Below are positions 8,715 to 17,889 of a DNA stretch of 64,000 nt, piece by piece. Each line of letters opens with the position of its first letter. The first letter of the stretch is position 1. The position numbers were made by a program, and so were the translations under genes. Source of the DNA: an uncultured delta proteobacterium (GTDB lineage: Bacteria > Desulfobacterota > Binatia > Binatales > Binataceae); contig CAVQEQ010000003.1 in NCBI GenBank assembly GCA_963711565.1, positions 520,958 through 584,957 on the forward strand, read 5' to 3'. Under the pieces are notes generated by a model, which saw only the letters and a program-made list of their open reading frames with translations, did not search any database and had not been told where the DNA came from.

Positions 8715-10235
8715 ATGTCAACCGAGCCACCAGTCGCTGGAGCCGAAGGAGCATTGAATCGAGGCGCGCGCGAAGCCCTGATTTACGCGGTGCTACTCAG
8801 CGCTGCAGTTTTTCTCTATTTGATCATCCGCAAGTATGGCGACCAGCTAGCGCAACCCACTCGAGCCGCCGCGCAACTTGGCGTCGCCGCGGCCGGCCCT
8901 CCGGGCGGCCATGACGCCGACGTGATGGTTCATATTTTGCTGGCGCTGTCGGTGGTGATCGCGTGCGCGCGCCTGGGCGGAATGCTTTTTCGATTCCTGC
9001 ATCAGCCCGCGGTGGTGGGCGAGATCGTCGCGGGCATCATGCTCGGTCCGTCGCTGCTGGGACACGTCTGGCCAGGGGCGTTCGCGTATCTGCTGCCGCC
9101 GACGGTGGCGCCATTTCTGGACGTACTCGCGCAGCTCGGCATTATCCTCTACATGTTTTTGGTCGGTCTCGAACTCGACCCTGTGCAGGTGGCGCGGCAC
9201 GGGCGAGCCGCGGTTGCGATCTCGCACGCCAGTATCGTCACGCCGTTCTTGCTCGGCACCCTGCTAGCGTTGCTGCTCTATCCGGAGGTTGCCGCGGCCG
9301 GAATTCCGTTTACGGGTTTTTCGCTCTTCATCGGCGTCTCGATGTCGGTGACGGCGTTCCCCGTGCTGTCGCGGATTCTGACCGACCTCGGCATCAACAA
9401 GACGCCGCTGGGGGTAACGGCCCTGACGAGCGCCGCGGTAGATGACGTGACCGCATGGTGCCTGCTGGCGGTGGTGGTTGGCGTGGTCGGGGCGCATGGG
9501 TCCGAGAGCGTGATCACCGTGGCGATGGCGGTCGCTTACATCGTGCTGATGACTGTGCTCGTCCGGCCAACGGTCGGGCGGCTGACGATCCGGCAGGAAA
9601 CCAGCGGGCACCTGACGCAGGGGATGATGGCGATTGTTTTTGTCCTGTTGCTGCTGTCGGCGCTGACCACGGATCTTATCGGCATTCACGCGATGTTCGG
9701 CGCGTTCGCGCTCGGCGCGATCATTCCGTCGGACAGCAAGCTCGCGCACGACATGACGGATCGGCTCGAAGACGTGCTGGTGGTGCTGCTGCTGCCGACG
9801 TTTTTCGCTTTGACCGGGCTTCGCACTGAAATTGGCCTCGTGAGCGGGTTGCACGAATGGATGCTGTGCGGGCTGATCATCGCGGTTGCGTCGATCGGCA
9901 AGTTCGGCGGCAGTTTCGTAGCCGCGCGGCTGACGGGATCGAGCTGGCGCGATGCGTCTGCGATAGGCGTGCTGATGAACACGCGCGGACTGGCGGAATT
10001 GATCGTGCTCAACATCGGCCTGCAGTTGCGAGTCATCAACCCCAGAGTGTTCGCGATGCTGGTGGTTATGTCGCTGGTCACTACGCTCGCGACCAGTCCC
10101 ATACTTCGCCTGATCAGGGGCAAGGAGGTCGCTGCCGCGCCGTCCGAAGGCGGGGTCTCGTGGATGGGGCGGTTGCGGATGGCGCTGCACAAACCAGTGG
10201 AGATAAGCCGGCGCTCGCTTCACGAAAATACATAA
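8715..10235 (+). CDS. Monovalent cation:proton antiporter, CPA2 (Kef/NapA-type Na+/H+ exchanger family)
   Basis: 506-aa polytopic membrane protein with ~12 TM helices. Sodium/hydrogen-exchanger signatures are present (GEIVAGIMLGPSLLG, ALGAIIPSD). Confidence 0.7.
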   Translation: MSTEPPVAGAEGALNRGAREALIYAVLLSAAVFLYLIIRKYGDQLAQPTRAAAQLGVAAAGPPGGHDADVMVHILLALSVVIACARLGGMLFRFLHQPAVVGEIVAGIMLGPSLLGHVWPGAFAYLLPPTVAPFLDVLAQLGIILYMFLVGLELDPVQVARHGRAAVAISHASIVTPFLLGTLLALLLYPEVAAAGIPFTGFSLFIGVSMSVTAFPVLSRILTDLGINKTPLGVTALTSAAVDDVTAWCLLAVVVGVVGAHGSESVITVAMAVAYIVLMTVLVRPTVGRLTIRQETSGHLTQGMMAIVFVLLLLSALTTDLIGIHAMFGAFALGAIIPSDSKLAHDMTDRLEDVLVVLLLPTFFALTGLRTEIGLVSGLHEWMLCGLIIAVASIGKFGGSFVAARLTGSSWRDASAIGVLMNTRGLAELIVLNIGLQLRVINPRVFAMLVVMSLVTTLATSPILRLIRGKEVAAAPSEGGVSWMGRLRMALHKPVEISRRSLHENT

Positions 10236-10290
10236 TCGCCGAAGCCAATTTCACTCAGGTGGATCGGCTCGCCCCTGCTACAATGGTTGA

Positions 10291-11340
10291 GTGGCCGAGC
10301 TTGACGTAATCTTCGCGCCGGCGCTTGCTCCTGACGATCTCGTCGGCCTCGAGTTGCACTTGCTCGACGCGGTCGCGAGGCGCGAGACGGCGCCGGTCCT
10401 GCTCATCTATGCATCGCCGGGGCGAGCGATCTCGATTGGGCACTATCATCTATATGGCGGGCCCGCGGAGCGCGACGGAATAAACGTGATGCGGCGTCTG
10501 ACGGGTGGCCGCGTCGTTGGCGCGGGACAGGGATGGCTCGGGCTGGCGCTGATTCTGCCGACGCGCACCGCGTTGCTGAAGGAAGACGTCACGCGACTGA
10601 AACCTGACCAGATTATGAATCGATACGCGCGCGGCCTGCTCAGTGGGATGCGCGCGCTTGGGGTCGATTGTTTCTACCCCGGCCGTGACGCGATAACGTT
10701 TGAGCAGCGCGAGCTTGCGATGTGCACTTTCGAGACTGACGCGGCGGGTGCGATGCTGTTCGAGGCGTCGATCGCGCACAATCGCGGGATGGAAGAACTC
10801 GTGCACGATTTGGAACGTATCGACCCGGACGGCGCGCTTTCATGCCGCATGTATGACGCCGCGACCGCGACCAAGGTGGTGCGCGAATTGGATCGCGATA
10901 TTACTTTCGACGAGATCGCCGATGCGATCGCGTCGGGCTACCGCGGTTCGCTCGGCGAGACTCGGCGGCGCGAGTTGACGGCGATAGAAACCGCGCAGGC
11001 GCAGTACCGCGGGCGTGCAATTGCGGCCTCAAACTGGTTACGCGGGCCAGTCGCGGGACCGTCGATGACGCTGAGGAATCGGATCGCGTCGCAACTCGGC
11101 GCGATCGAGGCCGCGGTAGCTCTCGGAGACGACAAGACAATCGAAACGATCCGGCTGAGCGGAGATTTTATCGCCAACTCGCCGGCGATCGCGGAACTCG
11201 AGAGCGAGCTTCGCGGGCGCACGCTCGACCTGCCGTCGATCTCTCATGCCGTCACGAAGACATTCGGGCATGACGGAAATTTTTTTCTTGGCGCGAGCGA
11301 GTTGTCCAATCTCGCACGGCTGATCGCGGGTGTGAATTGA
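10291..11340 (+). CDS. Lipoate-protein ligase / octanoyltransferase family (BPL_LplA_LipB catalytic domain) protein
   Basis: The motif VMRRLTGGRVVGAGQGWLGLALIL matches the RRxTGGG-V conserved segment of the LplA/LipB family. GTG start at 10291. Confidence 0.55.
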   Translation: MAELDVIFAPALAPDDLVGLELHLLDAVARRETAPVLLIYASPGRAISIGHYHLYGGPAERDGINVMRRLTGGRVVGAGQGWLGLALILPTRTALLKEDVTRLKPDQIMNRYARGLLSGMRALGVDCFYPGRDAITFEQRELAMCTFETDAAGAMLFEASIAHNRGMEELVHDLERIDPDGALSCRMYDAATATKVVRELDRDITFDEIADAIASGYRGSLGETRRRELTAIETAQAQYRGRAIAASNWLRGPVAGPSMTLRNRIASQLGAIEAAVALGDDKTIETIRLSGDFIANSPAIAELESELRGRTLDLPSISHAVTKTFGHDGNFFLGASELSNLARLIAGVN

Positions 11341-12071
11341 AAGCATCGGATGACAGCGCTGCGCCTTCGGTCGAGAGTCTGATTGGCGAACTTGGCGACG
11401 CGCACAAAACCGTTCAGCGCCGCGCGATCGATGAACTCGTCGCGATAGCAGGGTCAGGCGACCCGATCGTCGTTGAAAAACTTCGCGAGTCGATCACCAG
11501 CGACGACCGGCGCGTGCGATGGGCGGCGGCGTATGCGCTCGGACAAATCGGTGCGACTGCGTTTGCAATGGATTCCGCGGACGCGCTGTGCGAGGCGATG
11601 GCCGACGACGACGGCGATATCAGGTGGGCGGCGACCAACCTGATGGTACGGCTCGGGCGTGAAAACCTCGGGGAGATTGGCGCGCGCCTGCTCAGGCTCG
11701 CAAGCGGCAGCGATCGCAATGCGCGCAAGATGGCGCTCTACTGTATTCGCGACCTTGAAATAGCCGGTCCCGAGCTGCTCGCCGTCGTTGGCATCGCGGT
11801 CCGCGACCCGGATGTTCACGTGCGGCTGGCGGCCGTGTCAGTGCTGTCGCGGATTCGCGATGCGTCGGGCGAGGCGGTGAGAATAATGCTCGAATGCCTC
11901 AAGTCCGATTCCGATGCGGGCGTGCGGCGAGCCGCGGCCTCGGCCCTTGGCAATATTCATAGCGCAAGCGCGGACGCTAGGGCCGCGCTCGCATCGGCGG
12001 CGGCCGACCCCGCCGACGAGTCACTGGCGCGAGCCGCACGCGGTGCGCTCGACCGGCTGGAGAAACGATGA
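11337..12071 (+). CDS. HEAT-repeat (PBS-lyase-type) protein
   Basis: Five or six repeats of the form RxAAxxALGxIG. TTG start overlaps the upstream stop by 4 nt. Confidence 0.6.
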   Translation: MKASDDSAAPSVESLIGELGDAHKTVQRRAIDELVAIAGSGDPIVVEKLRESITSDDRRVRWAAAYALGQIGATAFAMDSADALCEAMADDDGDIRWAATNLMVRLGRENLGEIGARLLRLASGSDRNARKMALYCIRDLEIAGPELLAVVGIAVRDPDVHVRLAAVSVLSRIRDASGEAVRIMLECLKSDSDAGVRRAAASALGNIHSASADARAALASAAADPADESLARAARGALDRLEKR

Positions 12072-12565
12072 TGGCCACGACACCACAACCGATACCCGAT
12101 TCTGCGAACGATCCCGCTACCCGATTCGCCGAACCGCACGTGCGTGAGTTCGTAACCGCCGCGCGCCTGGCGCATCTGGCGACCGCCGACGACAGCGGCG
12201 CTCCACACAACGTACCGCTCTGCTACTGGTTCGACGGCGAACGCATCTACTTCGCGATCGACGAGAAGCCCAAGCGCCACACGGGCCTGGCGCTCAAGCG
12301 GATGCGCAATATCGCGCAGAATCCGCGCGTCGCCGTCGTGATCGATCATTATGAAGAAGACTGGTCGCAGCTCGCGTACGTGCTGATTCGCGGTAACGCC
12401 CAAGTGGTCGACGACCCCGAAGAGTACCTGGTCGCCATGCGGCATCTGCGCGACAAATACGTGCAGTATCGCGCGATGAGCCTGACGCCGGAGAAAAATC
12501 CAATCGTGAAGATCGATCCGGAGAGCGTGCACGTGTGGGGCGCACGTTTCATGGCGGATTCATGA
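12068..12565 (+). CDS. Pyridoxamine 5'-phosphate oxidase (PPOX) family protein, probable F420/FMN-binding split-barrel
   Basis: 165 aa with segments ARLAHLATADDSGAPHNVPLCYWFDGERIYFAI and RVAVVIDHYEED, typical of PPOX-class (often F420-dependent) enzymes. ATGA overlap with the upstream gene. Confidence 0.55.
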   Translation: MMATTPQPIPDSANDPATRFAEPHVREFVTAARLAHLATADDSGAPHNVPLCYWFDGERIYFAIDEKPKRHTGLALKRMRNIAQNPRVAVVIDHYEEDWSQLAYVLIRGNAQVVDDPEEYLVAMRHLRDKYVQYRAMSLTPEKNPIVKIDPESVHVWGARFMADS

Positions 12566-13749
12566 CGGCGCAGTTCGATGAAATTGCGCACGCGCTTGGC
12601 GATACGCGACTTGACGGATGGCTGTTCTATGACTTCCGGCTGAGCGACCCGCTCGCTTATCGAATTCTCGGATTGTCGGAAGATGGTATCGCGACGCGGC
12701 GATGGTTCTGCTTCGTGCCGGCGCACGGCAGGCCGCGGGCGATAGTTTCGGCAGTCGAGGCGCATCGGCTCGACGCGCTCGGCGTTGAGAAGATCGTCTA
12801 TCGCTCGCACGACGAGATGATCGCGGCCTTGCGCACCGTGCTCGGCGGCGCGCGGCGAATCGCGATGGACTACTCGCCTGGATGCGCGATTCCGTACGTC
12901 TCGCGCGTCGATGCGGGCACGGTCGAAATCGTGCGCGCGATGAACATCGAGGTCGTCACGGCGGCCGATCTGATCCAGCGATTCGAGGCGACATTGACGC
13001 GCGAGCAGCTCGGGAGCCATCAGCGTGCCGCGCGGGCGCTTCGAGCGATCGTCGATGAGACCTTCAGGGAGATTGCGCAGTTGATTTCGGCAGATCGTGC
13101 GGTCAGCGAAGTCTCGGTGCAAGAATCGGTGATGGCGCGGTTCGCCGCGCGAGGTCTCGTGACGCACGCGCCGCCGATCGTCGCCGTCAATGAACATAGC
13201 GCCGATCCGCACTACGGCCCGACGCCGAAGCACGACCGCGCGATCCGGCGCACAGATTTTATCCTGCTCGACCTGTGGGCGAAGGAGTCGGCGCCCGACA
13301 GTATTTACGCCGACTTCACCTGGGTTGCGTTCGCAGGAGACAGGGTTCCAGAAGAGCACGCGCGTATTTTCAACATTGTCGCGGATGCGCGCGACGCAAC
13401 GGTAGATTTGGTGCAGCGTCGGGTCGCTGCGGGCGAGCCGGTTAGTGGCCGTGAAGCTGATCGCGCAGCGCGTTCGGTAATCGAGGCGGCCGGCTTCGGT
13501 GAGAAGTTTGTACATCGCACGGGCCATTCGATCGGCCGCGAAGTGCATGGCACCGGCGCGAATCTCGACTCGCTCGAGACGCTGGACGATCGCACGCTTA
13601 TCGACCACACATGCTTTTCGGTCGAGCCGGGAATTTATCTGCCGGGAAAATTCGGCGTGCGCAGCGAACTCGATATGACGATCGAAGACGGGCGTGCGCT
13701 GGTCAGCGGTGAGCCGCGCCAGCGCGAGATCGTCGCGATCCTCGCTTAA
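12562..13749 (+). CDS. M24-family metallopeptidase (Xaa-Pro aminopeptidase/creatinase fold)
   Basis: Metal-ligand motifs HRTGHSIGREVHG and FSVEPGIY in a C-terminal pita-bread domain. ATG at 12562 overlaps the upstream stop (ATGA). Confidence 0.75.
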   Translation: MTAQFDEIAHALGDTRLDGWLFYDFRLSDPLAYRILGLSEDGIATRRWFCFVPAHGRPRAIVSAVEAHRLDALGVEKIVYRSHDEMIAALRTVLGGARRIAMDYSPGCAIPYVSRVDAGTVEIVRAMNIEVVTAADLIQRFEATLTREQLGSHQRAARALRAIVDETFREIAQLISADRAVSEVSVQESVMARFAARGLVTHAPPIVAVNEHSADPHYGPTPKHDRAIRRTDFILLDLWAKESAPDSIYADFTWVAFAGDRVPEEHARIFNIVADARDATVDLVQRRVAAGEPVSGREADRAARSVIEAAGFGEKFVHRTGHSIGREVHGTGANLDSLETLDDRTLIDHTCFSVEPGIYLPGKFGVRSELDMTIEDGRALVSGEPRQREIVAILA

Positions 13750-13825
13750 TTAAATGTGAACCCCCCGGTGGGTTTCACGCTTCCTTCGGCAGGGCTGAGC
13801 CCTGCAGCCAGTGTTAAGCGGCTTC
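13746..13825. repeat. ~75-bp intergenic structured repeat, copy 2
   Basis: ttaattaaatgtgaaccccccggtgggtttcacgcttccttcggcagggctgagccctgcagccagtgttaa aligns to 6816-6895 with partly compensatory changes in hairpin 2 (gcagggc/gccctgc). Confidence 0.7.
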
Positions 13826-13841
13826 CAAAGCAGAGCGGGGC

Positions 13842-14549
13842 ATGCAAAAAATCGCGGGGATGATTCGCGCTGTTATATTCGATCTCGACGGGACGCTCGT
13901 TGATACCGAGCCGTTGCATTTCGCGGCCTTCAATGAAGTCTTGCGCCCTGACGGAATCGAAATCGGTTTCGACGACTACACAGCGCGGCTGATTGGGCTC
14001 AATGATCGCGATTGCTTCTCGACCGTGCTGCGCGAGAATCGCAAGGATGCCGGCGAAGAGCACGTCGCGAAGTTGATTGCGCGGAAGACCGCCGTCTACC
14101 AGGCGGCGATCGCGGAGCGGGACGTGCTCTATCAGGGCGCGGAGAAGTTCGTGCGCGATTGTGCGCGGCGGTTTCCGCTGATGATTGTGACCGGCACCCT
14201 GCGCGTCGAGGCTGAAACGATTTTGCGGCACGCCGGACTGCGCGAATTGTTTCTCGATATTATCGCCGCTGAGGATGTCGAGCGCGGCAAGCCTGAGCCC
14301 GACGGTTTTATCGCGGCGCTCGGGCGTATCGGCTATATCCTGCGGCAGCGCGATCCGGTGCTGGCGGATGAATGCCTGGCGGTCGAGGACACGCAAGCCG
14401 GAATCGACGCGGCGCATCGCGCGGGCATGAAGGTGCTGGCGCTATGCCACATGGCGCCGGCGAGCGAGCTGGCGGCGGCGGACGTCGTGCGCGCTTCGAT
14501 TTCCAATCTGGATCTCGACGACGTAATCCACGCGCTCAGGGGGCGATGA
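13842..14549 (+). CDS. HAD-superfamily hydrolase, subfamily IA (beta-phosphoglucomutase-like phosphatase)
   Basis: Motif I (VIFDLDGTLVDTE), plus motifs II and III (GTLRVEAE..; ACLAVEDTQAGIDAAHRAGMKV). Confidence 0.75.
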   Translation: MQKIAGMIRAVIFDLDGTLVDTEPLHFAAFNEVLRPDGIEIGFDDYTARLIGLNDRDCFSTVLRENRKDAGEEHVAKLIARKTAVYQAAIAERDVLYQGAEKFVRDCARRFPLMIVTGTLRVEAETILRHAGLRELFLDIIAAEDVERGKPEPDGFIAALGRIGYILRQRDPVLADECLAVEDTQAGIDAAHRAGMKVLALCHMAPASELAAADVVRASISNLDLDDVIHALRGR

Positions 14550-15220
14550 TGGCGGCGAAGCTCTACCAGTTTCTCGGCAGCCCATTCTGCGCCAAGGTGC
14601 GCAAGCTGCTCGCGTTCAAGGGCGTCGAGTTCGAAGTGGTCGAGGTTGACTACCTCGAGCGCAAGGAATTGCTGCTGGCGTCGGGACAGTTGACGGTGCC
14701 GGCGGTCACGCTCGATAACGGCGAGACGATCGTCGATTCGGCGCGGATCGCGATGCGTCTCGAGGAGCTTTATCCCGAGCCGACGATTTTTCCCGCAGGA
14801 TGGCGCGGGATGCATGTCGCGCTCGCCGACTATATCGACAACCATCTCGAAGAGAAGGTATATCCGCTCGCGCTCGCCGACGAGCTCGCATACTACAGCA
14901 AGCAAGGTGCGGATCGCGGGGCGCTCTGGCGGTTTATCCGCGAGCGCAAGTTCGGCAAAGGTTTCGTCGATCGGACTATCGCGGATCAATCGGCCAATTG
15001 GGAGCGCTTCCGCAACGCTCTCGCGCCGTTCGAGGAGCAACTCGGCAACGTACCGTTTCTCACCGGCAGGATTGGCCTGGCGGACTTCGCGCTATACGGG
15101 CAGTTGTTCTACCTGGCGTTCACGGGCGATCTGAAAATTCCGGCCGAGATGAAAAATCTGCGGGCGTTTTTTGGGCGCGTCGAGCGGATCAGTTCGATCG
15201 TCGAGGAAACAGGATCGTGA
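14546..15220 (+). CDS. Glutathione S-transferase-like / glutaredoxin-fold protein
   Basis: N-terminal thioredoxin fold LYQFLGSPFCAKVRKLLAFKGVEFEVVEV, then an alpha-helical GST C-terminal domain. ATG at 14546 overlaps the HAD stop. Confidence 0.6.
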   Translation: MMAAKLYQFLGSPFCAKVRKLLAFKGVEFEVVEVDYLERKELLLASGQLTVPAVTLDNGETIVDSARIAMRLEELYPEPTIFPAGWRGMHVALADYIDNHLEEKVYPLALADELAYYSKQGADRGALWRFIRERKFGKGFVDRTIADQSANWERFRNALAPFEEQLGNVPFLTGRIGLADFALYGQLFYLAFTGDLKIPAEMKNLRAFFGRVERISSIVEETGS

Positions 15221-15234
15221 ATGCGCGCACGTAA

Positions 15235-15270
15235 CCTCACCCCTAACCCCTCTCCCTTCAGGAGAGGGGG
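15235..15270. repeat. 35-bp GC-rich hairpin element (cccctaacccctctcc-cttcag-ggagagggg)
   Basis: Directly downstream of the GST stop. The near-identical inverted copy at 60576-60611 matches at 34 of 35 positions. Confidence 0.65.
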
Positions 15271-15282
15271 ACAGAAAAGAGA

Positions 15283-15726
15283 TTACGCGAGTTCGCTGAT
15301 TGCGGTCGTCAGGAAGTGGCTGAAGAGCGCGCCGGTCGAGTCGAGCGCTACGTCATATAGCGAGGCGGTGCGGCCGGGCACGAAGATTTGATGGCCCTCG
15401 TCGGTCAGCGCGTAGACGACGCAAAGCATCAGCGCGAGGTACGGCCGCTGCTTCATCGGTCCGCGCACCAGCAGCCAGAAGAGAATTCCGTACTCGGTGA
15501 AGTGCGCGGCCTTGCGCACCAGCATATGGCAGACGTCGACCGACGCGGCGCTGATTCCCGGAATCAACCATCGCAGGATCGGGTCGATGATTTTGCCGGT
15601 GTTGGCGGCGGAAAACGCCGAGGTCGAGAGCGTGAAGATCAGGGCGCCCCATAGAATTACAGGGATCCATTCGCCGAGCGGAGCGAGCTCCGGCGCGCCG
15701 GCTGACAAGGATTTCTCCGCCGGCAT
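15283..15726 (-). CDS. VanZ-family membrane protein
   Basis: 147 aa with 4 TM helices and a VanZ-like RKAAHFTEYGILFWLL motif. Confidence 0.6.
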   Translation of the reverse strand: MPAEKSLSAGAPELAPLGEWIPVILWGALIFTLSTSAFSAANTGKIIDPILRWLIPGISAASVDVCHMLVRKAAHFTEYGILFWLLVRGPMKQRPYLALMLCVVYALTDEGHQIFVPGRTASLYDVALDSTGALFSHFLTTAISELA

Positions 15727-15901
15727 CTAGAGGGCCGCCGTTTCCATGACCCCTGCGGAGGGCATGCAGTCTGAAGTCGAACGGGGATTACGGACGAGAT
15801 GCTTTTTCATGAGGATCGAAAACGTGTCAAACTTAGCAATCATCGCCGCGCGAAACCACTAGAAGCGCGCGCCTGCGCGATCCGACAAGGAAGGCCGCAA
15901 C

Positions 15902-17425
15902 ATGGACAACCTCTTAACTATACAACGAGCGCAGCCGGCGCCGCCATGCACGGTCGTAATTTTCGGCGCGTCCGGCGATCTGGCCAAGCGCAAGCTGATT
16001 CCGTCGCTGTACAATCTCGTCGCCTGCGGCGAGGGCATGATGCCGCCGAAAAGCGCGGTGCTGGGATTCGCGCGGCGCGAAATGTCGCTCGACGATTTCC
16101 GCAAAAGCGCGCACGACTGGACGACCCGATTCTCGCGGCTGAAGGTTGACGAGGGGTGCTGGGCGAGGTTCGCGGACAACCTCGATTACCTGTCCGGACT
16201 CGACCGTCCTGACGGTTTCACAAAACTTAAAGCTAAACTTGAAGCTATCGAAAAGGCGCACGGGCTGCCGCCGAATCGCGTCTATTACCTGGCGATACCG
16301 CCCGAGGCGATTGGCGAATCGGTCGAGCGGCTGAGCACGGCTGGTCTTATCGCCGCGCCGACCGCGCCGAACTTCACGCGCGTCGTCGTCGAAAAGCCAA
16401 TCGGCCACGATCTGCCGAGCGCGCTCGAAGTCAATCGCACGATGGTGAAGTATCTCGCCGAGTCGCAGATTTTCCGCATCGACCATTACCTCGGCAAGGA
16501 GACCGTGCAGAACCTGCTGGCGCTGCGCTTCTCGAACGATATTTTCGAGCGCCTGTGGGGCGCGCGCAACGTCGATCACGTGCAGATAACGGTGGCGGAA
16601 GCGGAAGGCGTCGGCAGCCGCGCGATGTACTACGACCATTCGGGCGCGCTGCGCGACATGGTGCAGAACCACATCCTGCAAGTGCTGTGCATGCTGACGA
16701 TGGAGGCGCCTGTGTCGCTCGACTCGTCGGCGATTCGCGACGCGAAGCTCAACGTGTTGCGCACGCTGCGTCCGATCAAGCCGATGGATGCGCGCGCGAA
16801 CACGGTGCGGGCGCGCTACGCGGCGGGCGCCGACGCGGACGGCAAGCCGGTGCCGGCCTACATGGACGAACAGGGGATCGCGGACAACTCGCGGATCGAG
16901 ACGTATGTCGCGCTGAAGGCGTACATCGACAACTGGCGATGGTCGGGGGTGCCGTTTTTCATTCGCACCGGCAAGCGGATGAAGGCGCGGGCGAGTTCGA
17001 TCTACGTGCAGTTCAAGGACGTGCCGCAAATTCTGTTCAATCGCGATTCGAAGGTTCCGGCTAACGGGCTGATGATTCGGATTCAGCCCGACGAAGGTTT
17101 TTCGTTCGACGTGATGACCAAGCGGCCGGGGCTCGACCTGGTGCTGCAACCGGTGCGGATGAATCTCAGCTACAACACCGCGTTCGGCGACGGCGCGTCA
17201 CCGGACGGCTACGAGCGGCTGCTGCTCGACGTGATGGACGGCGACCATACGCTGTTTATCAGCGCGCAGTTCGTCGAGAAGTCGTGGGAGTTCGTGCAAG
17301 GAATTTTGGATTCGTGGAGCGACGGCGTGCGCGTCCCGCTGGTCGAGTATCCCGCCGGCAGCTGGGGGCCCAAGGAGGCCGACCAGTTGATTCGTTTCGC
17401 GGGACGAGTATGGCATGAGCCATAG
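15902..17425 (+). CDS. zwf: Glucose-6-phosphate 1-dehydrogenase
   Basis: NADP motif GASGDLAKRKL. Active-site RIDHYLGKE. Conserved EKPIGHDL and G6PD C-terminal domain. Confidence 0.9.
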   Translation: MDNLLTIQRAQPAPPCTVVIFGASGDLAKRKLIPSLYNLVACGEGMMPPKSAVLGFARREMSLDDFRKSAHDWTTRFSRLKVDEGCWARFADNLDYLSGLDRPDGFTKLKAKLEAIEKAHGLPPNRVYYLAIPPEAIGESVERLSTAGLIAAPTAPNFTRVVVEKPIGHDLPSALEVNRTMVKYLAESQIFRIDHYLGKETVQNLLALRFSNDIFERLWGARNVDHVQITVAEAEGVGSRAMYYDHSGALRDMVQNHILQVLCMLTMEAPVSLDSSAIRDAKLNVLRTLRPIKPMDARANTVRARYAAGADADGKPVPAYMDEQGIADNSRIETYVALKAYIDNWRWSGVPFFIRTGKRMKARASSIYVQFKDVPQILFNRDSKVPANGLMIRIQPDEGFSFDVMTKRPGLDLVLQPVRMNLSYNTAFGDGASPDGYERLLLDVMDGDHTLFISAQFVEKSWEFVQGILDSWSDGVRVPLVEYPAGSWGPKEADQLIRFAGRVWHEP

Positions 17426-17437
17426 AGGGATAAATTC

Positions 17438-17770
17438 ATGACCATCGATGGATGCTGCGGTTCCGAATCGCCGATCGCTTGCGAACTCGGCGCAATCTCC
17501 GCCGCCGATCGGCCACGCTACGATGAACTGCGCAAGATGCTCGCCGCATCGGCGATCGGCAAGCGCGAACTGTCGGATGGCGTCGCGGTACGAATCTCGA
17601 CGGAGCGCATGGCGCTCGCGCAGCTTGCGGAGTGGATCTCGTTCGAGCGCAAGTGCTGCCCTTTTCTGGATTTCAGAATCGACGTCGCGCCCGAGTCCGG
17701 GCCGGTGTGGGTGAGCCTGACGGGCCGCGCCGGCGTCAAGGAATTTCTGGCGCACGCGTTCGGCAAGTAG
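17438..17770 (+). CDS. Small Cys-rich hypothetical protein
   Basis: 110-aa ORF 12 nt after the zwf stop. Cysteine pairs CCGSESPIAC and KCCPF. No family recognised. Confidence 0.4.
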   Translation: MTIDGCCGSESPIACELGAISAADRPRYDELRKMLAASAIGKRELSDGVAVRISTERMALAQLAEWISFERKCCPFLDFRIDVAPESGPVWVSLTGRAGVKEFLAHAFGK

Positions 17771-17889
17771 CTCGAAAGCCTTCTCCCCCAAGGGGCTTTC
17801 GGGCTGTGGCATAGCTGACCGGCCTCGGCTAACATCTCTCGCCGCTACTGCGGCTGCGAAATCGCAATTCAACGAGGATCGGAGAGCAC

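Noticed and set aside
9264-10223. 319-aa ORF antisense to the CPA2 antiporter
   Set aside because: His/Arg/Gln-rich low-complexity translation. It is the antisense of a well-supported membrane transporter gene.
12349-13608. 419-aa ORF antisense to the M24 peptidase
   Set aside because: Same reasoning. It is the antisense frame of a gene with clear metal-ligand motifs.
15914-17149. 411-aa ORF antisense to zwf
   Set aside because: zwf is unambiguous on the plus strand. The antisense ORF is Arg/His-rich with no motifs.
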